From positions 133,581 to 197,580 of the forward strand of contig MCFE01000046.1 in NCBI GenBank assembly GCA_002104905.1: DNA of 64,000 nucleotides, read 5' to 3'. Origin of the DNA: Basidiobolus meristosporus CBS 931.73. Its lineage: Eukaryota > Fungi > Basidiobolomycota. Below are positions 61,941 to 64,000 of this stretch, piece after piece; the stretch's first letter is position 1, and every line of letters begins with the position of its first letter. The notes under the pieces are model-generated. The model did not search any database. It worked only from the letters and a program-made list of their open reading frames with translations, and was not told where the DNA came from. Made by a program: the position numbers and the translations under genes.

Positions 61941-63449
61941 TCAGGCAGAGGTTGTAGCTTCTTCAGAGGCAGCATTGATAATGTGACCTGCAGAGTCCCA
62001 GAGCTCTTCAAATGGTGCATCACTTAAGTCAGCAAGGAGGGAAATGGCATGATTCTTGAGGAAGTATGCCACATCATAGGAGGGGGCTTGTCTCTTGATG
62101 GCAGCAAAGAAAGACAGAATGGCAACATGGGCTGGAGGCTTGTTGAACAGTAGAGAGTCAGAGGATTCAGATTCTTCAGGCACTATCTTGAAGTCAGTTT
62201 TCAGCCAGTTAAGGTTCTTCTCCACAAAGGTAACAAATGGGTCAGCAATGTTTTGGTCTAGGATAACCTCCAGAATCTTCCCTTTTCTCCAGGCCAGGTT
62301 GACAATTCTTGAGAGCTGAATATTGCATGCCTTGAGTGCTTTCCTGATGTTGGAAATGGGAGTCCAGGGAACTTGCTTCAAGTACACCACAGTCCAGGTA
62401 GAAGCTGGTGGTAGGTTTGCTGGGGGCTTGTAAGTCCTTCTGTGTTGCAATGGAGCTGCAGTAGTCAGATTGGAGTCCACATTCTCAGTAGAAGGTTTTC
62501 TTGATGTGTCTTGCTGAATAGTACTGGAGCTGGATGTGCTGATAATTCTTGCTAGAACCTTGCCTGCATAAGTCTGAGGTATAGCTGAGGTGACTGTAGA
62601 GGTGGTGGCAGCTGGTGCAGGTGGAGAGGCAGAGACTAAAGCAGGAACTGAGGTCACCTGGGAGAAGGCAGTGGAAGCAGGTTTTCTGGGAGGAACAGAG
62701 TTCACTATCCAGTTGTTCTGTAAAACACTGGAGTAGCTTTTCTGTGGAACAGGATCTTGCTCTTGAACAGGAACAGAAGCAGGAGGCTGGGGCTGAGCAG
62801 TAGTGGTAAGGCAGTGGCACTCCAAGGAAGCTTTTTGCAAGGCATCTCTGGCAGTTTTCAGGGCAGTATTGGCTTCATTCTTGAGCTTCTTGCATTGGGC
62901 ATCCAGTCTCTTGTTTTCAATTGCCAGGGCAGTATTGGCAGCCTCTAAATCAGCAATTCTCTTCTCAATTGCAAGGAATCTCTTAAGAAATGCATCAGTA
63001 GAAGTGCTGGCATCTGGGAGAGCAGTGGCAGGAATAGACTCCATTGAGAGTGGGCTTCTTGGAGGCAAGGAAAGTGGACTGGCAGATTCAGGCACAAAAG
63101 GAGATATCCTGGCAGGAGGAGAAGGAGTATCCAAGGCAGTAACAGAGGCAATTCTTGTTGGTGAAGCAGCAGCAGGGGAGGCAAGCCTGTTCAGAAACTG
63201 GGCAGGAGAGAGTGCTTGAGGAGAGGGAGTCTTCAGCTTGCCAAGCATGTCTTCCATCAGAGTGATACCAATATTCCTGGTGCATTTGCAGAGAAAAGTA
63301 AGCTTCCTGAGTCTGCCAGCTCTTCCATTCCTTCTGATAGTTCCTTTGTTTCCACAGTTGGGGCAAGAAATCTTCTTGACAGACTTGTCAAAGCAATCAA
63401 GAACCTTCCTTTCAGGTGTAGTGGGCTCCTGTTGAGGTTTTGGTGGCAT
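61941..63449 (-). CDS. LINE ORF1 (gag-like): Zn ribbon, S/P linker, coiled coil, RRM-like C-terminal domain
   Basis: First ATG gives MPPKPQQ; CPNCG...FLCKC; heptads RFLAIEKRIADLEAAN; SYSSV/TYAGK motifs. Confidence 0.88.
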   Translation of the reverse strand: MPPKPQQEPTTPERKVLDCFDKSVKKISCPNCGNKGTIRRNGRAGRLRKLTFLCKCTRNIGITLMEDMLGKLKTPSPQALSPAQFLNRLASPAAASPTRIASVTALDTPSPPARISPFVPESASPLSLPPRSPLSMESIPATALPDASTSTDAFLKRFLAIEKRIADLEAANTALAIENKRLDAQCKKLKNEANTALKTARDALQKASLECHCLTTTAQPQPPASVPVQEQDPVPQKSYSSVLQNNWIVNSVPPRKPASTAFSQVTSVPALVSASPPAPAATTSTVTSAIPQTYAGKVLARIISTSSSSTIQQDTSRKPSTENVDSNLTTAAPLQHRRTYKPPANLPPASTWTVVYLKQVPWTPISNIRKALKACNIQLSRIVNLAWRKGKILEVILDQNIADPFVTFVEKNLNWLKTDFKIVPEESESSDSLLFNKPPAHVAILSFFAAIKRQAPSYDVAYFLKNHAISLLADLSDAPFEELWDSAGHIINAASEEATTSA

Positions 63450-63518
63450 ATCCAGAGTTTCAGCTTCAAATTTCAATTTTTGAGATTTTTGGGTGATTTT
63501 TGATGGGCGGGATCAAAA

Positions 63519-63532
63519 TTAGGGTTAGGGTT
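63519..63532 (+). repeat. Short internal telomeric tract TTAGGGTTAGGGTT
   Basis: Direct reading. Confidence 0.9.
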
Positions 63533-63674
63533 GCGCGCTGTGACTGCTTTTTACGATCGCAAGGTCAGAACCTAGGAAAAAATAGAAATAGTTAGTGAAG
63601 GTGATTTAATGGATGGATGGATGGATTCGGAGTCAGATTCAATCAAAAAATCAAATCGTTGACTAATTTAAAGA

Positions 63675-63720
63675 GGGTTAGGGTTAGGGTTAGGGCTAGG
63701 GTTAGGGGTTAGGGTTAGGG
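63675..63720 (+). repeat. Proximal telomeric tract (~7.5 repeats, with CTAGGG and TTAGGGG variants)
   Basis: Direct reading. Confidence 0.95.
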
Positions 63721-63844
63721 GGAGGAAAGTCACCAAGTGGTGAAATCTTTATTTACTTATGACAAGTATCTAAAGAAGCCAAGTTAATCTGAAGTAATTC
63801 CTAGAAAGCTAGGTCTGAGAGATATCTTCCTGGTAAGCCAGGTC
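63721..63844 (-). mobile_element. 5'-truncated SINE 3' end embedded within the telomere
   Basis: Near-identical to ~57499-57679; TTAGGG tracts on both sides. Confidence 0.93.
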
Positions 63845-64000
63845 TTAGGGTTAGGGTTAGGGTTAGGGTTAGGGTTAGGGTTAGGGTTAGGGTTAGGGTT
63901 AGGGTTAGGGTTAGGGTTAGGGTTAGGGTTAGGGTTAGGGTTAGGGTTAGGGTTAGGGTTAGGGTTAGGGTTAGGGTTAGGGTTAGGGTTAGGGTTAGGG
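63845..64000 (+). repeat. Telomere (TTAGGG)26, running to the window end
   Basis: Perfect repeats with the G-rich strand 5'->3' toward the end. Confidence 0.99.

Larger units (their letters stand above)
59118..63518 (-). mobile_element. Full-length APE-type non-LTR retrotransposon (family A); 5' boundary ~63518 or ~63674
   Basis: Intact ORF1 and ORF2; 3' end fused to GGGTTAGGG; 5' end faces the telomere. Confidence 0.95.

Noticed and set aside
63539-63546. CAGTCACA (Homol-D box) on the LINE sense strand next to an AACCCT tract
   Set aside because: A single 8-mer is expected by chance in 64 kb, and I did not find it at the RP promoters in this window.

Overview
Right-hand chromosome end of an intron-containing fungal genome, ending in 26 perfect TTAGGG repeats (63845-64000). 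An early-diverging lineage such as Basidiobolus/Zoopagomycota is my inference from gene content, not an identification. Four zones: (1) 1-11.84 kb, nested and decayed Ty1/copia elements and solo LTRs, strongly CpG-depleted. (2) 12-33 kb, dense housekeeping genes (SH3 membrane protein, PHB1, TMA16, Whi3/Scw1-like RRM, SPC25, ATP17, WDR24/RTC1, SSXT protein, RPS29, RPS5, Ras-like, RPL43, SMC6). (3) 33-47 kb, accessory and secreted genes (tetraspanin, Cys-rich secreted protein, two CE4 deacetylases, SMYD, signal-peptide isochorismatase-like, small orphans, a LuxI/FeeM-like acyltransferase). (4) 48-64 kb, a subtelomeric stack of retroelements. Main finding: an apparent telomere-targeting retrotransposon system. 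It has a full-length APE-type LINE whose ORF1 and ORF2 are in frame across a single UGA-CUA readthrough-type stop, a second LINE family, and a tRNA-derived SINE. All point away from the chromosome tip, lack poly(A), and share a 3' AATAAA plus stem-loop module. At six clear junctions (plus one decayed) that 3' end is fused to TTAGG(G), including a SINE fragment inside the telomere tract itself. All coordinates and alignments were read by eye; no searches were run.
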